From assembly GCA_032718475.1 (NCBI GenBank), contig JAUCBJ010009137.1, positions 1 to 64,000 of the forward strand: a stretch of 64,000 nucleotides of DNA, given 5' to 3'. Under the pieces are notes generated by a model. That model was given only the letters and a program-made list of their open reading frames with translations, did not search any database and was not told where the DNA came from. Positions 48,322 through 60,303 of the stretch are shown here, piece by piece; within the stretch, counting starts at the first letter, position 1; every line of letters starts with the position of its first letter. A program made the translations under genes and the position numbers. The DNA comes from Nemertoderma westbladi. Lineage: Eukaryota > Animalia > Xenacoelomorpha.

Positions 48322-51300
48322 CGCTTTCTCAAATAAGTATTAGTCAATAACGCTAAATAAAACAATAAAGTAGCATTTTGCGACGGTTTGTGTTTTAAAC
48401 ATATATATAAATTATAAATATATTGAAACACAAAATGTAACATACATGTCAGCTACTCTTACAAGCCATATTATTTTCACGAAAAATTTCACAAAAATAA
48501 CATCCTGATCATTTTAAATCAACCCCATCTATTATAACGGTTATTAAGGTGTATGAATATATAAGTTCCGCAGCTTTTCAATGTATTTCAGTAGCAAAAT
48601 TATTCAAAAATCAAAATTTCAAAAATTATCAAAAACATAACTTCCCCTTTATTTTAAAAGATAATTTAAGTGGATTCATAAGTTGAATGCATAGGAGAAT
48701 CAAAGCAAAGAATTACTTATCAACCCACTTAACGTTTAATATTATTAAATTTTCCATATGTAGATTCAAAATACAAAGGTAGCAATACCGTCACTATTTA
48801 ACAATTTATAATTGATTTATTCATAATTTAATTAATTAAATTAATTAAATTTAATTAATTTAATTAAGAAAACATGCAGTTTTAATTAAATAGATATTAA
48901 TTCTTCTCAATAAAACAATTAATGGGTGGGTATGCGAAATATACGGTATACTGTAATATGATTTGCAAACAAAAATATTAAACAATTTACATGACTACGA
49001 ATTGTATATCGTCTTTGTATATCAAGCAATAAAGTCAATTATTATATTATTAATTGGCAACAAAGATCAATTATTTTATTCCAAACTTGGATTCTATTGC
49101 AAGGGATTGATTTGACCGCACTCTGGTGTGAACTACAGATCGATTTCTCTACGATTTCTCGCGAACTCTTTCATTTTCTGTGACAGTTTACTGTGCGCGA
49201 TATTGCTCTCGAAGATCAGCTCTCGAACCGCGGAGAAACTTCGTGGTTTTCTTTACAGACGTGGTCCTCTCTGAAGCTGATAATTCCACTTCCAACAGGT
49301 TAAATAATAGTTGTTTTAACTTTTATTTATTTTCTTTTAAAACGTTTATATTTTGAGTGTATAAAGGTTGGCTGGCAGCTGACAATGGCTAATTGTACAT
49401 TGTATATATTATTAAACTTACTCTAGAACGAAATAATTAATTCATAATAATTCAGATACGGCAGACTTTCGACGCGACGACAAAAATCATCCCTCCTCCT
49501 AGTGGAAAATCGGCGCTGATTACTCCCAAAATTAAAACTGTCACCTGTACTAATGACTTTAGTTTATTGTATTGGTTAGAATAACGCATCACTGCAACCC
49601 GCTCTTTTCCCTAGTAGATAATTTAACATTGCAACAAGATATAAATATAAATGAGGACTACTTGCGCCAATGTATATGTTTGATTTAATGGTGCAAATTG
49701 ATTGCAAACATATTTTAATAATAATATTAATAATAAATAATTAGTAATCTAATATGAAGCTGTTACAAATAATATTTAAGTACAATATTTACATTACGTG
49801 CTAATAAATTCCTTTCCCAAGCTAATATTTTTCTTACTACACACCACATAACAGCATTTGGTTAATTAAATGCAGCTTATTTACTGTTCTCTGATTGGGC
49901 GAGACCAGACGTCTATTAAATGGTTGACGTATAAGACATTTAAGGAAAGGTGGGTTGACTCATTGTATTGTGTTATCAAGGTGTAGGGCCTACGTACACC
50001 TTATGTGTTATGCATTGTATTGTGCATTCTGTCCAATTGTTCGTTGACAAGCAACCACATACAGTCATAATAAACTCGAATAAATAAACAACCTGTTAGG
50101 CCTACCAAATGCAGTACAGCAGTAGTAGCCTCTCCTCTACTACCACTACCACACATCAACAGATGGGCTTGAGTTGGTATTAGTTTTTTTATTTACAGTT
50201 TGTTGGTAGTAGGCCTACTGTAGTACATAGTCGATGTTGAAGCGCAGGCGATCACTGAAGGCACTTTTGGCGCTACTTTAATGTGAGATTCACTTACAAT
50301 CTGCCTTTCGCTCTGGCGAAACACACTCGGAATACCCATACCCAATGCTGAACTTTTCAACTGTTTCGAGACATCTGATTACGATTCTTCTACGACCTGC
50401 CGTTCCCTGAATAAGACTTCGCTATCAAAAAAAATGTGGTCTTGGCGTCTTAGAATCGAAGTTGGTAAAGGAAACATCAGCTCCGGTGAGAAGAACAACT
50501 GAAGTAAACAACTGACTGACTGAGTTCCTCCGCTGTTAGAGAGCGCTATATCGCGCACAGCAAATTGTAAGAGTTTGAGAAACTGGAAGAGTTCGCGAGA
50601 AATCGTAGATAAATTGTAACAATTTATCTACGATTTCTCGCGAACTACAGAACAGTTCTGTAGTTCAACAGCGTGGTGGCCCACTCCCTCCCGATAATTT
50701 CTTCATATTTTTAATAATAATTTTAAACTAAAGATAATTTCTTCGATTGAGTGTTTGGAATAAACGTATACGCACGTATACTGAGCGGCGCCGTAACGAA
50801 CATGCATCACACAGACTCCACGAAACAGATGGGATTGGAGGATAAAAACCAATAATGACTTACATCAACCAAACAAACTGCCGTCTAATGTAATAAACAC
50901 AGTCGCCTAAGCAGACAACTCACAATCACATCCTGATCCGCAACCTGGGAAATTGTTATATATTGTCGGTACTGCTACCTTTGTATTTTGAATCTACATA
51001 TGCAAAATTTAATAATATTAATCGTTAAGTGGGTTGATAAGTAATTTTTAGCTTTGATTCTCCCATATATTAAACTTATAAATCCACTTCAAATATATTT
51101 TAAAATAAAGGGGACGTTATCTTTTTGATAGTTTTTGAAATTTAAATATTTTAATTATTTTACTATTGAAATACATTGGAAAATTAACAAGACTTAATAT
51201 TCATACACCTTAATAACCGTTATAATAGATGGGGTTGATTTAAAATTATCAGGATGTTATTTTTGTGGAAATTTTCGTAAAATAATATGGCTTGTAAGAG

Positions 51301-51434
51301 TAGCTGACATGTATGTTACATTTTGTGTTTCAATATATTTATAATTTATATATATGTTTAAAATACAAACCGTCGCAAAATGCTACCTTGTTGTTTTATT
51401 TAGCGTTATTGACTAATACTTATTTGGGAAAGCG
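48322..51434. mobile_element. Element bounded by about 470-bp inverted repeats, enclosing a second inverted-repeat element (about 49125-50670)
   Basis: 48322-48790 is the reverse complement of 50967-51434, and a diverged direct copy lies at about 47235-47710. Inner arms are tctacgatttctcgcgaactct / agagttcgcgagaaatcgtaga. Confidence 0.6.
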
Positions 51435-52345
51435 ATCCAGCAACAATACTATACATTGGCTTATATTAGAAGCGAAATACAAATATATTTTTTTTACGAT
51501 AACTGTTTTAAGTAACACGAATTAATTACAATTACTCTATCTGTTTCGAAACAGGTCAGATAAGTAGGGGGGGGGGGGGGGGGGATAAACACCCTCTGGT
51601 TAAAATATTAGTTTGTTTTTCTTATCTTTTCTGGTGTATAATTTGATTAGTATTTACGGTTTTCACTTTCAGGCATGTCGACCCTTAGCGACAGGCTGGT
51701 GAACTGCCGAATAATATACGTCCTCCCAAACACGCAACCGCCTGTGGTGTAATCTATATATGCCATGCATCAGCTCGAAAAGATTAAAAACAACAAAAAC
51801 GCAGGACTTTTTCACCTTCAGACATTCCACCTACTACCGGTAGACTAGAGAACTTCAGCTTCCTCCCAAACACGAATCCAATCTTGTAGTAGATATTTCC
51901 CCAGTATCAGCTCAAAAACAATAAAATTGGTGATGGGAATGGTTTCACTCAGAGAGATTACACACCCAAGCAGCAGATTGAAGAACTGTAGGCTGGTCGG
52001 CGTCCTCTCACTCAAACAGGCAGCGTAAGATCTCTGTGGTACATACATACATACATACATACATACATACATACATACATACCTGCAAAGTTTCAGTTAG
52101 AACAGCCTTAGTCTTAGTCTAATGGTGAAACTGCAGTTACAAAGTCGCCTGAGTCCTGATTGCTGACCAGTAATATATTTTGGCCTAAAACGATGCAAAA
52201 TAATCCACTTTGACCACATTCGATTCACGCAAACAAATACTTAAAATATGACGAGATAGTGACGTTGCTCAAGTTAGCTTTCTATTATTGTATCGCGAGA
52301 CAGACAGACTGAGATTTATAAGACTTAAAGTCAGAGATTTTATAT

Positions 52346-52750
52346 TGGACGGATCCATCATGGATGTTGGACGGATCCGTCATGGATGTTGGACGGATTC
52401 GTCATGGATGTTGGACGGATCCATCACGGATGTTGGACGGATCCGTCATGGATGTTGGACGGATCCGTCATGGATGTTGGACGGATCCGTCATGGATGTT
52501 GGACGGATCCGTCATGGATGTTGGACGGATCCGTCATGGATGTTGGACGGATCCATCATGGATGTTGGACGGATCCGTCATGGATGTTGGACGGATCCAT
52601 CATGGATGTTGGACGGATCCGTCATGGATGTTGGACGGATCCGTCATGGATGTTGGACGGATCCATCATGGATGTTGGACGGATCCGTCATGGATGTTGG
52701 ATGGATCCGTCATGGATGTTGGACGGATCCATCATGGATGTTGGATGGAT
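52346..52750. repeat. 22-bp minisatellite (ggacggatccgtcatggatgtt), about 18 units
   Basis: Tandem array whose main unit contains the 12-bp palindrome gacggatccgtc. Confidence 0.95.
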
Positions 52751-53702
52751 ATATTTCGAATAATTTTAGATAGATTTCGATAGATAGATTTCGTAATTTG
52801 CGTCATTATCAATGCATACTACACATAGTTCTATCGAAATACGAAAATAAGTGGCCTAATTTGTAATGACTGGAAATTGCAGAATAAAACTAGCACAAAA
52901 TCGCACAGACTAAATACTGAAATAGCACGGCAGTACTCTACTACTATAATAACAGTGGCCTTCTACGTCCTACATACAGAAGCTAGGGACCCCCAATTAT
53001 TCTACTACATTATATATTTCTCAATAGCAGTCTTACATATGTTTCCTTACATTTTCAGATATCACTAAATTCCATATAGTAATTTCACTTTGCTACTAAT
53101 GGGCTACAGTATTATTTAATATAATTAAGGATAACAAAATGTAGCATTTTATAGCGGTTTGCATATTCGCTATATGTACAAATTCTATATATAGAAATAA
53201 TCTGTGTTTTTAAAGATATCTCGAAATGCTACCATCACCACTCCCAAAGTTTAATATATATAAGTAGCATAGCCGTCAAATCTTCCCATTAACTGAAGGG
53301 TTTTTGTATATTCAGTTTCAGAATACAAAAATTATATGTATATTGACCATAGCAGCCGAACCATGATGATTTGCAAAAAGCAATTTGTTTCCAATGTTAG
53401 ACATTTTGATTTATTTAATAATAAAATAGTTAAATAAAATGTATTAGATAATAAAATTAAAATATAAGAAATGTTAATATAAAATCAAAATCCAAATGAG
53501 AAAGAGGGAGGGTTACTACCAGTGCACACTGCAGACCTTAGAACCATACGGAATAAACACAATTAATGAAGCAACCGCAAATTTACATGGCTACACAGGT
53601 TTTCTTCAAGAAGATTAAAACTTTATATTTATGTTGTTACCTAGTTTATTTATACAGTATTTCAATTATTTATTTGTTCTAGAAAATTAATTTGAATTTA
53701 AG

Positions 53703-53755
53703 AAAAAATACATGAATAAGAGTCACGCTGACTCGAAATATCGTATATATTTTAT
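53703..53755 (+). ncRNA. Minimal hammerhead ribozyme with A3-U8 core (copy 1)
   Basis: aaaaaatac ATGAATA A gagtc-acgct-gactc GAAA ta TC gtat..tttt. Confidence 0.7.
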
Positions 53756-53892
53756 TTTTATTGCTTGATATTGGTCTGTCTATTATTATTATTATTTTCG
53801 TTCTACACTTGACTATATTTGAGAGACCGGATCATGCTGAACATGGTTGTTTGAAAAAGCGTTCCTACTTGATTTAATTATATTTAGCAACC

Positions 53893-56892
53893 ATGCCTTG
53901 GTCAAATTTCGTTAAAGCTAAGTTTTGTGAACTGAGAAGTTTAGGTACCCATTACATACAAGCAAGAAATCAATTTTATTTTCTTAATACTTGCTTAAAC
54001 AAAGATCTATTACCGAATGGGTTAAATTTGCGTGCACACCTACATTTAAACTTTTTTTCGCCGGAGTGTCGTAATGATTTTGGAAAAGAATTGTATAAAA
54101 TTGAACACAAATTATTAGTTACAATGAAACAAGATGCCCACGTCAAGTGGCAATATTTTCTGCAGAAATTTATGCAGACTAAGTATTACATACAAACTGT
54201 TATACAACCTAATGTTTGTCGGGAAGTTCTTCACCAATCACACGTTGAACTTCATCATATTAATCATATTTCAAGACAGAGACATCGGAAAAAAATTCAT
54301 AATTTATTAAAATGTAGTCCGGCGTCCCATTTCGAGTCACAAGTGCCTGATATTGAACCGGTTCGAAGACGTTCTAACTACAGTCACCACGTGAGAGGAC
54401 CACTCAGGACGGAGATTCGTAAAGCACATCGCCACAAGACACGGGATGCACTAGCAGAAGAATTGAAAACAGCAATTCTAGAAAATCAGGTACCGTTATC
54501 TACTTTTAACCCGGTTTTTCCCGATAGTTTGCAAGCTGAACCAGCTTTGGTTAGTTTGCTAAATAAAGGTCCTTCTTTCGTTCCTTTACCATGGCAACCA
54601 AAGCTTCATGAAGCACATTTAGATTTTGCATCATTTGCCACTAAAGTTCGTTATCAGTTTCTCCAATTTGAAAAGCAAATTAATAGGGCCACTAAGACTA
54701 ACACAGAAAAAACACAGATTGTTAATCCGTTGAACTTGGAGCTACAAGAAACTGAAAGTAATTCAACAGTGGTGCCACTTTTCAAGGGTGCTAAAAGTGT
54801 TTATTTTAATTTAACATCGACAAATCAAACTATAGACAATTTCCTCTCAGCCATTTATTCAGATTTATTTAATCCCAAACTGAGGAATAAATGTAATGAC
54901 AATTTGAACCCAGACGAACGTGCAGCAATGAAAAACATAAAGGCAGACAACGATTTTGTGTTGCGCCTTCAAGATAAAGGTTCAAAAAGATTTGTTGCAA
55001 CTGAACGACAAATTTACAAAGACGGTATTAATAACTACCTTGGTGAAACAGCCCAATTTACACAGCATGGGAAGGTAAACCCTACAGTAGAGTATACAAA
55101 ACGAATAGCGGCATTTGTTAACAAATGGAAACATATTGAAGTTATTAAAGTCAACAGAGAATGGCTTGTTAATAAGCGTGCGAAAGCTGGAGTTTGTTTC
55201 GCTAATATAAAAACCCACAAACCCAATTGGCCACTTAGAAATATTTTGTCATCTTGTTCAACTGCTTCACAAAATTTGAGTATCTTAATTGAAAATTTTC
55301 TTAAGCCATTTGCAACAAAGCATCCAGCCTACATTAAAAACACATTACACCTTTTAGAGAAAATAGATAACTATAATATAAAGTATGCTCCACTTCCATC
55401 AACGGCCCAATTTGCTTGTTTGGATATTGCAAATTTCTTCCCTAGTGTAGATAATAAAGATGGACTTGACAGCGTCAAAGAATTACTTGACCTTTATCCA
55501 GAACTCCTACCAGATAACGCACCACCAAAAGATTGTATCCTAGAAGGTCTTAAATTATGTCTAGAAATTAATAACTGTACTTTTGACAATAAACATTACA
55601 CACAGTGTTCAGGATCAGCAATGGGTCCCAGTTACTCTTGTTCTTACACTGATGCCTATGGAGCTCGCAAAATAGACACCATTGCAGATCAATCTGATAA
55701 TTCCCCAGATGAATTTGGAAGATATAGGGATGACATTTTAGTTTTATATTTACATGATATAGATTTAAAATTAAAACAATTAGTTGAGGATTTAAATGAT
55801 CAAGTAAAGCCAGGACAAATTAAATTCGTTACTGAACAGATGGGGAGAGAAGTTAATTTTTTGGACCTAAAAATTTTCATCGACGCCCATGGAACCATTC
55901 AAACAGATATTTTTTTCAAACCTATGGACGTACATCAGTATTTGCATAGGACTTCGTCTCACCCACCGTCTCAGATCAAGTATGTACCGTATGGTGTAGC
56001 TTTAAGGTTACGACGAAACTGTAGCAGGGATGTTGATCTCAAGAAGCACTTTATCACTTTTGGAGCAGCTTTTGTAGCACGAGCTTGGAATCTTGATGAT
56101 GTTTGCAAACAGTTCGCAAAGGCAGCGGATCTATCACATAAAGAGAGTCGAAAGGCGAGAATAAAGACACATATTGATAATAAAGTTATTTATTATGTAG
56201 CTAACCACGAACCAACACTTCCAGATTTACATTTGCTAATAAAAAAGTCAAAACATATTCTAAAAAATGACATTTTAACAAAAGAGTTTTCAAATAGTTT
56301 TAAATTTAATGTAGTTCACAGACGCGCACCAACTTTACAGAGACTACTAGCACCTTCCACATACAAAGAACCTCTGACCACACTAGGAACAGGACTCAAC
56401 AGTTTATCAGATGGGGGCGCCTTTCCTTGCAACAACTGCGTTTATTGTGACAAAATTGAACCAATGGAATTTGTTTCTTCAAAATCGGTGGACCGGCGGA
56501 GAAGAATCCCTATAACAGAAAATTTGAACTGCAAGAGTACTAATGTAATCTACCTTGTATCATGTTCTAGATGTAATAAACAAGCGGTGGGTTCTGCAAT
56601 TAATTTTAAAGCTAGAATTGCTAATTATAAAACACAGATTAAAAACAAAAAGAAGCAGACATGTAAGGTTGATCAACATTTTACAAGCAACGGACATTCA
56701 TGGGAAGATTTTCATATAACACCAATAGATAGTATTAAGGGATACAAGGGAAAAGAACTCAAAATCCAAATGAGAAAGAGGGAGGGTTACTACCAGTGCA
56801 CACTGCAGACCTTAGAACCATACGGAATAAACACAATTAATGAAGCAACCGCAAATTTACATGGCTACACAGGTTTTCTTCAAGAAGATTAA
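53893..56892 (+). CDS. Intact PLE protein: RT, Cys linker and C-terminal GIY-YIG endonuclease (Neptune/Nematis-like), copy 1
   Basis: LNKGPSFVP, QDKG, IKTHKPNWPLR, LDIANFFPSV, GSAMG, RYRDD, FLDL, YLHRTSSHP, CNNCVYC, NVIYLVSCSRC.KQAVG, KAR, REGYY and PYGIN. Confidence 0.95.
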   Translation: MPWSNFVKAKFCELRSLGTHYIQARNQFYFLNTCLNKDLLPNGLNLRAHLHLNFFSPECRNDFGKELYKIEHKLLVTMKQDAHVKWQYFLQKFMQTKYYIQTVIQPNVCREVLHQSHVELHHINHISRQRHRKKIHNLLKCSPASHFESQVPDIEPVRRRSNYSHHVRGPLRTEIRKAHRHKTRDALAEELKTAILENQVPLSTFNPVFPDSLQAEPALVSLLNKGPSFVPLPWQPKLHEAHLDFASFATKVRYQFLQFEKQINRATKTNTEKTQIVNPLNLELQETESNSTVVPLFKGAKSVYFNLTSTNQTIDNFLSAIYSDLFNPKLRNKCNDNLNPDERAAMKNIKADNDFVLRLQDKGSKRFVATERQIYKDGINNYLGETAQFTQHGKVNPTVEYTKRIAAFVNKWKHIEVIKVNREWLVNKRAKAGVCFANIKTHKPNWPLRNILSSCSTASQNLSILIENFLKPFATKHPAYIKNTLHLLEKIDNYNIKYAPLPSTAQFACLDIANFFPSVDNKDGLDSVKELLDLYPELLPDNAPPKDCILEGLKLCLEINNCTFDNKHYTQCSGSAMGPSYSCSYTDAYGARKIDTIADQSDNSPDEFGRYRDDILVLYLHDIDLKLKQLVEDLNDQVKPGQIKFVTEQMGREVNFLDLKIFIDAHGTIQTDIFFKPMDVHQYLHRTSSHPPSQIKYVPYGVALRLRRNCSRDVDLKKHFITFGAAFVARAWNLDDVCKQFAKAADLSHKESRKARIKTHIDNKVIYYVANHEPTLPDLHLLIKKSKHILKNDILTKEFSNSFKFNVVHRRAPTLQRLLAPSTYKEPLTTLGTGLNSLSDGGAFPCNNCVYCDKIEPMEFVSSKSVDRRRRIPITENLNCKSTNVIYLVSCSRCNKQAVGSAINFKARIANYKTQIKNKKKQTCKVDQHFTSNGHSWEDFHITPIDSIKGYKGKELKIQMRKREGYYQCTLQTLEPYGINTINEATANLHGYTGFLQED

Positions 56893-56976
56893 AACTTTAT
56901 ATTTATGTTGTTACCTAGTTTATTTATACAGTATTTCAATTATTTATTTGTTCTAGAAAATTAATTTGAATTTAAG

Positions 56977-57029
56977 AAAAAATACATGAATAAGAGTCAC
57001 GCTGACTCGAAATATCGTATATATTTTAT
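56977..57029 (+). ncRNA. Minimal hammerhead ribozyme with A3-U8 core (copy 2)
   Basis: Same sequence as copy 1 at +3274. Confidence 0.7.
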
Positions 57030-57166
57030 TTTTATTGCTTGATATTGGTCTGTCTATTATTATTATTATTTTCGTTCTACACTTGACTATATTTGAGAGA
57101 CCGGATCATGCTGAACATGGTTGTTTGAAAAAGCGTTCCTACTTGATTTAATTATATTTAGCAACC

Positions 57167-60166
57167 ATGCCTTGGTCAAATTTCGTTAAAGCTAAGTTTT
57201 GTGAACTGAGAAGTTTAGGTACCCATTACATACAAGCAAGAAATCAATTTTATTTTCTTAATACTTGCTTAAACAAAGATCTATTACCGAATGGGTTAAA
57301 TTTGCGTGCACACCTACATTTAAACTTTTTTTCGCCGGAGTGTCGTAATGATTTTGGAAAAGAATTGTATAAAATTGAACACAAATTATTAGTTACAATG
57401 AAACAAGATGCCCACGTCAAGTGGCAATATTTTCTGCAGAAATTTATGCAGACTAAGTATTACATACAAACTGTTATACAACCTAATGTTTGTCGGGAAG
57501 TTCTTCACCAATCACACGTTGAACTTCATCATATTAATCATATTTCAAGACAGAGACATCGGAAAAAAATTCATAATTTATTAAAATGTAGTCCGGCGTC
57601 CCATTTCGAGTCACAAGTGCCTGATATTGAACCGGTTCGAAGACGTTCTAACTACAGTCACCACGTGAGAGGACCACTCAGGACGGAGATTCGTAAAGCA
57701 CATCGCCACAAGACACGGGATGCACTAGCAGAAGAATTGAAAACAGCAATTCTAGAAAATCAGGTACCGTTATCTACTTTTAACCCGGTTTTTCCCGATA
57801 GTTTGCAAGCTGAACCAGCTTTGGTTAGTTTGCTAAATAAAGGTCCTTCTTTCGTTCCTTTACCATGGCAACCAAAGCTTCATGAAGCACATTTAGATTT
57901 TGCATCATTTGCCACTAAAGTTCGTTATCAGTTTCTCCAATTTGAAAAGCAAATTAATAGGGCCACTAAGACTAACACAGAAAAAACACAGATTGTTAAT
58001 CCGTTGAACTTGGAGCTACAAGAAACTGAAAGTAATTCAACAGTGGTGCCACTTTTCAAGGGTGCTAAAAGTGTTTATTTTAATTTAACATCGACAAATC
58101 AAACTATAGACAATTTCCTCTCAGCCATTTATTCAGATTTATTTAATCCCAAACTGAGGAATAAATGTAATGACAATTTGAACCCAGACGAACGTGCAGC
58201 AATGAAAAACATAAAGGCAGACAACGATTTTGTGTTGCGCCTTCAAGATAAAGGTTCAAAAAGATTTGTTGCAACTGAACGACAAATTTACAAAGACGGT
58301 ATTAATAACTACCTTGGTGAAACAGCCCAATTTACACAGCATGGGAAGGTAAACCCTACAGTAGAGTATACAAAACGAATAGCGGCATTTGTTAACAAAT
58401 GGAAACATATTGAAGTTATTAAAGTCAACAGAGAATGGCTTGTTAATAAGCGTGCGAAAGCTGGAGTTTGTTTCGCTAATATAAAAACCCACAAACCCAA
58501 TTGGCCACTTAGAAATATTTTGTCATCTTGTTCAACTGCTTCACAAAATTTGAGTATCTTAATTGAAAATTTTCTTAAGCCATTTGCAACAAAGCATCCA
58601 GCCTACATTAAAAACACATTACACCTTTTAGAGAAAATAGATAACTATAATATAAAGTATGCTCCACTTCCATCAACGGCCCAATTTGCTTGTTTGGATA
58701 TTGCAAATTTCTTCCCTAGTGTAGATAATAAAGATGGACTTGACAGCGTCAAAGAATTACTTGACCTTTATCCAGAACTCCTACCAGATAACGCACCACC
58801 AAAAGATTGTATCCTAGAAGGTCTTAAATTATGTCTAGAAATTAATAACTGTACTTTTGACAATAAACATTACACACAGTGTTCAGGATCAGCAATGGGT
58901 CCCAGTTACTCTTGTTCTTACACTGATGCCTATGGAGCTCGCAAAATAGACACCATTGCAGATCAATCTGATAATTCCCCAGATGAATTTGGAAGATATA
59001 GGGATGACATTTTAGTTTTATATTTACATGATATAGATTTAAAATTAAAACAATTAGTTGAGGATTTAAATGATCAAGTAAAGCCAGGACAAATTAAATT
59101 CGTTACTGAACAGATGGGGAGAGAAGTTAATTTTTTGGACCTAAAAATTTTCATCGACGCCCATGGAACCATTCAAACAGATATTTTTTTCAAACCTATG
59201 GACGTACATCAGTATTTGCATAGGACTTCGTCTCACCCACCGTCTCAGATCAAGTATGTACCGTATGGTGTAGCTTTAAGGTTACGACGAAACTGTAGCA
59301 GGGATGTTGATCTCAAGAAGCACTTTATCACTTTTGGAGCAGCTTTTGTAGCACGAGCTTGGAATCTTGATGATGTTTGCAAACAGTTCGCAAAGGCAGC
59401 GGATCTATCACATAAAGAGAGTCGAAAGGCGAGAATAAAGACACATATTGATAATAAAGTTATTTATTATGTAGCTAACCACGAACCAACACTTCCAGAT
59501 TTACATTTGCTAATAAAAAAGTCAAAACATATTCTAAAAAATGACATTTTAACAAAAGAGTTTTCAAATAGTTTTAAATTTAATGTAGTTCACAGACGCG
59601 CACCAACTTTACAGAGACTACTAGCACCTTCCACATACAAAGAACCTCTGACCACACTAGGAACAGGACTCAACAGTTTATCAGATGGGGGCGCCTTTCC
59701 TTGCAACAACTGCGTTTATTGTGACAAAATTGAACCAATGGAATTTGTTTCTTCAAAATCGGTGGACCGGCGGAGAAGAATCCCTATAACAGAAAATTTG
59801 AACTGCAAGAGTACTAATGTAATCTACCTTGTATCATGTTCTAGATGTAATAAACAAGCGGTGGGTTCTGCAATTAATTTTAAAGCTAGAATTGCTAATT
59901 ATAAAACACAGATTAAAAACAAAAAGAAGCAGACATGTAAGGTTGATCAACATTTTACAAGCAACGGACATTCATGGGAAGATTTTCATATAACACCAAT
60001 AGATAGTATTAAGGGATACAAGGGAAAAGAACTCAAAATCCAAATGAGAAAGAGGGAGGGTTACTACCAGTGCACACTGCAGACCTTAGAACCATACGGA
60101 ATAAACACAATTAATGAAGCAACCGCAAATTTACATGGCTACACAGGTTTTCTTCAAGAAGATTAA
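57167..60166 (+). CDS. Intact PLE RT plus GIY-YIG protein, copy 2
   Basis: Translation identical to 53893-56892. Confidence 0.95.
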   Translation: MPWSNFVKAKFCELRSLGTHYIQARNQFYFLNTCLNKDLLPNGLNLRAHLHLNFFSPECRNDFGKELYKIEHKLLVTMKQDAHVKWQYFLQKFMQTKYYIQTVIQPNVCREVLHQSHVELHHINHISRQRHRKKIHNLLKCSPASHFESQVPDIEPVRRRSNYSHHVRGPLRTEIRKAHRHKTRDALAEELKTAILENQVPLSTFNPVFPDSLQAEPALVSLLNKGPSFVPLPWQPKLHEAHLDFASFATKVRYQFLQFEKQINRATKTNTEKTQIVNPLNLELQETESNSTVVPLFKGAKSVYFNLTSTNQTIDNFLSAIYSDLFNPKLRNKCNDNLNPDERAAMKNIKADNDFVLRLQDKGSKRFVATERQIYKDGINNYLGETAQFTQHGKVNPTVEYTKRIAAFVNKWKHIEVIKVNREWLVNKRAKAGVCFANIKTHKPNWPLRNILSSCSTASQNLSILIENFLKPFATKHPAYIKNTLHLLEKIDNYNIKYAPLPSTAQFACLDIANFFPSVDNKDGLDSVKELLDLYPELLPDNAPPKDCILEGLKLCLEINNCTFDNKHYTQCSGSAMGPSYSCSYTDAYGARKIDTIADQSDNSPDEFGRYRDDILVLYLHDIDLKLKQLVEDLNDQVKPGQIKFVTEQMGREVNFLDLKIFIDAHGTIQTDIFFKPMDVHQYLHRTSSHPPSQIKYVPYGVALRLRRNCSRDVDLKKHFITFGAAFVARAWNLDDVCKQFAKAADLSHKESRKARIKTHIDNKVIYYVANHEPTLPDLHLLIKKSKHILKNDILTKEFSNSFKFNVVHRRAPTLQRLLAPSTYKEPLTTLGTGLNSLSDGGAFPCNNCVYCDKIEPMEFVSSKSVDRRRRIPITENLNCKSTNVIYLVSCSRCNKQAVGSAINFKARIANYKTQIKNKKKQTCKVDQHFTSNGHSWEDFHITPIDSIKGYKGKELKIQMRKREGYYQCTLQTLEPYGINTINEATANLHGYTGFLQED

Positions 60167-60250
60167 AACTTTATATTTATGTTGTTACCTAGTTTATTTA
60201 TACAGTATTTCAATTATTTATTTGTTCTAGAAAATTAATTTGAATTTAAG

Positions 60251-60303
60251 AAAAAATACATGAATAAGAGTCACGCTGACTCGAAATATCGTATATATTT
60301 TAT
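60251..60303 (+). ncRNA. Minimal hammerhead ribozyme with A3-U8 core (copy 3)
   Basis: Same sequence as copy 1 at +6548. Confidence 0.7.

Noticed and set aside
52288-52783. Repetitive ORFs (also 26685-27244, 7217-7517, 17653-18153 minus)
   Set aside because: They are translations of minisatellites or the antisense of the Gag repeat, with no sign of genuine coding.
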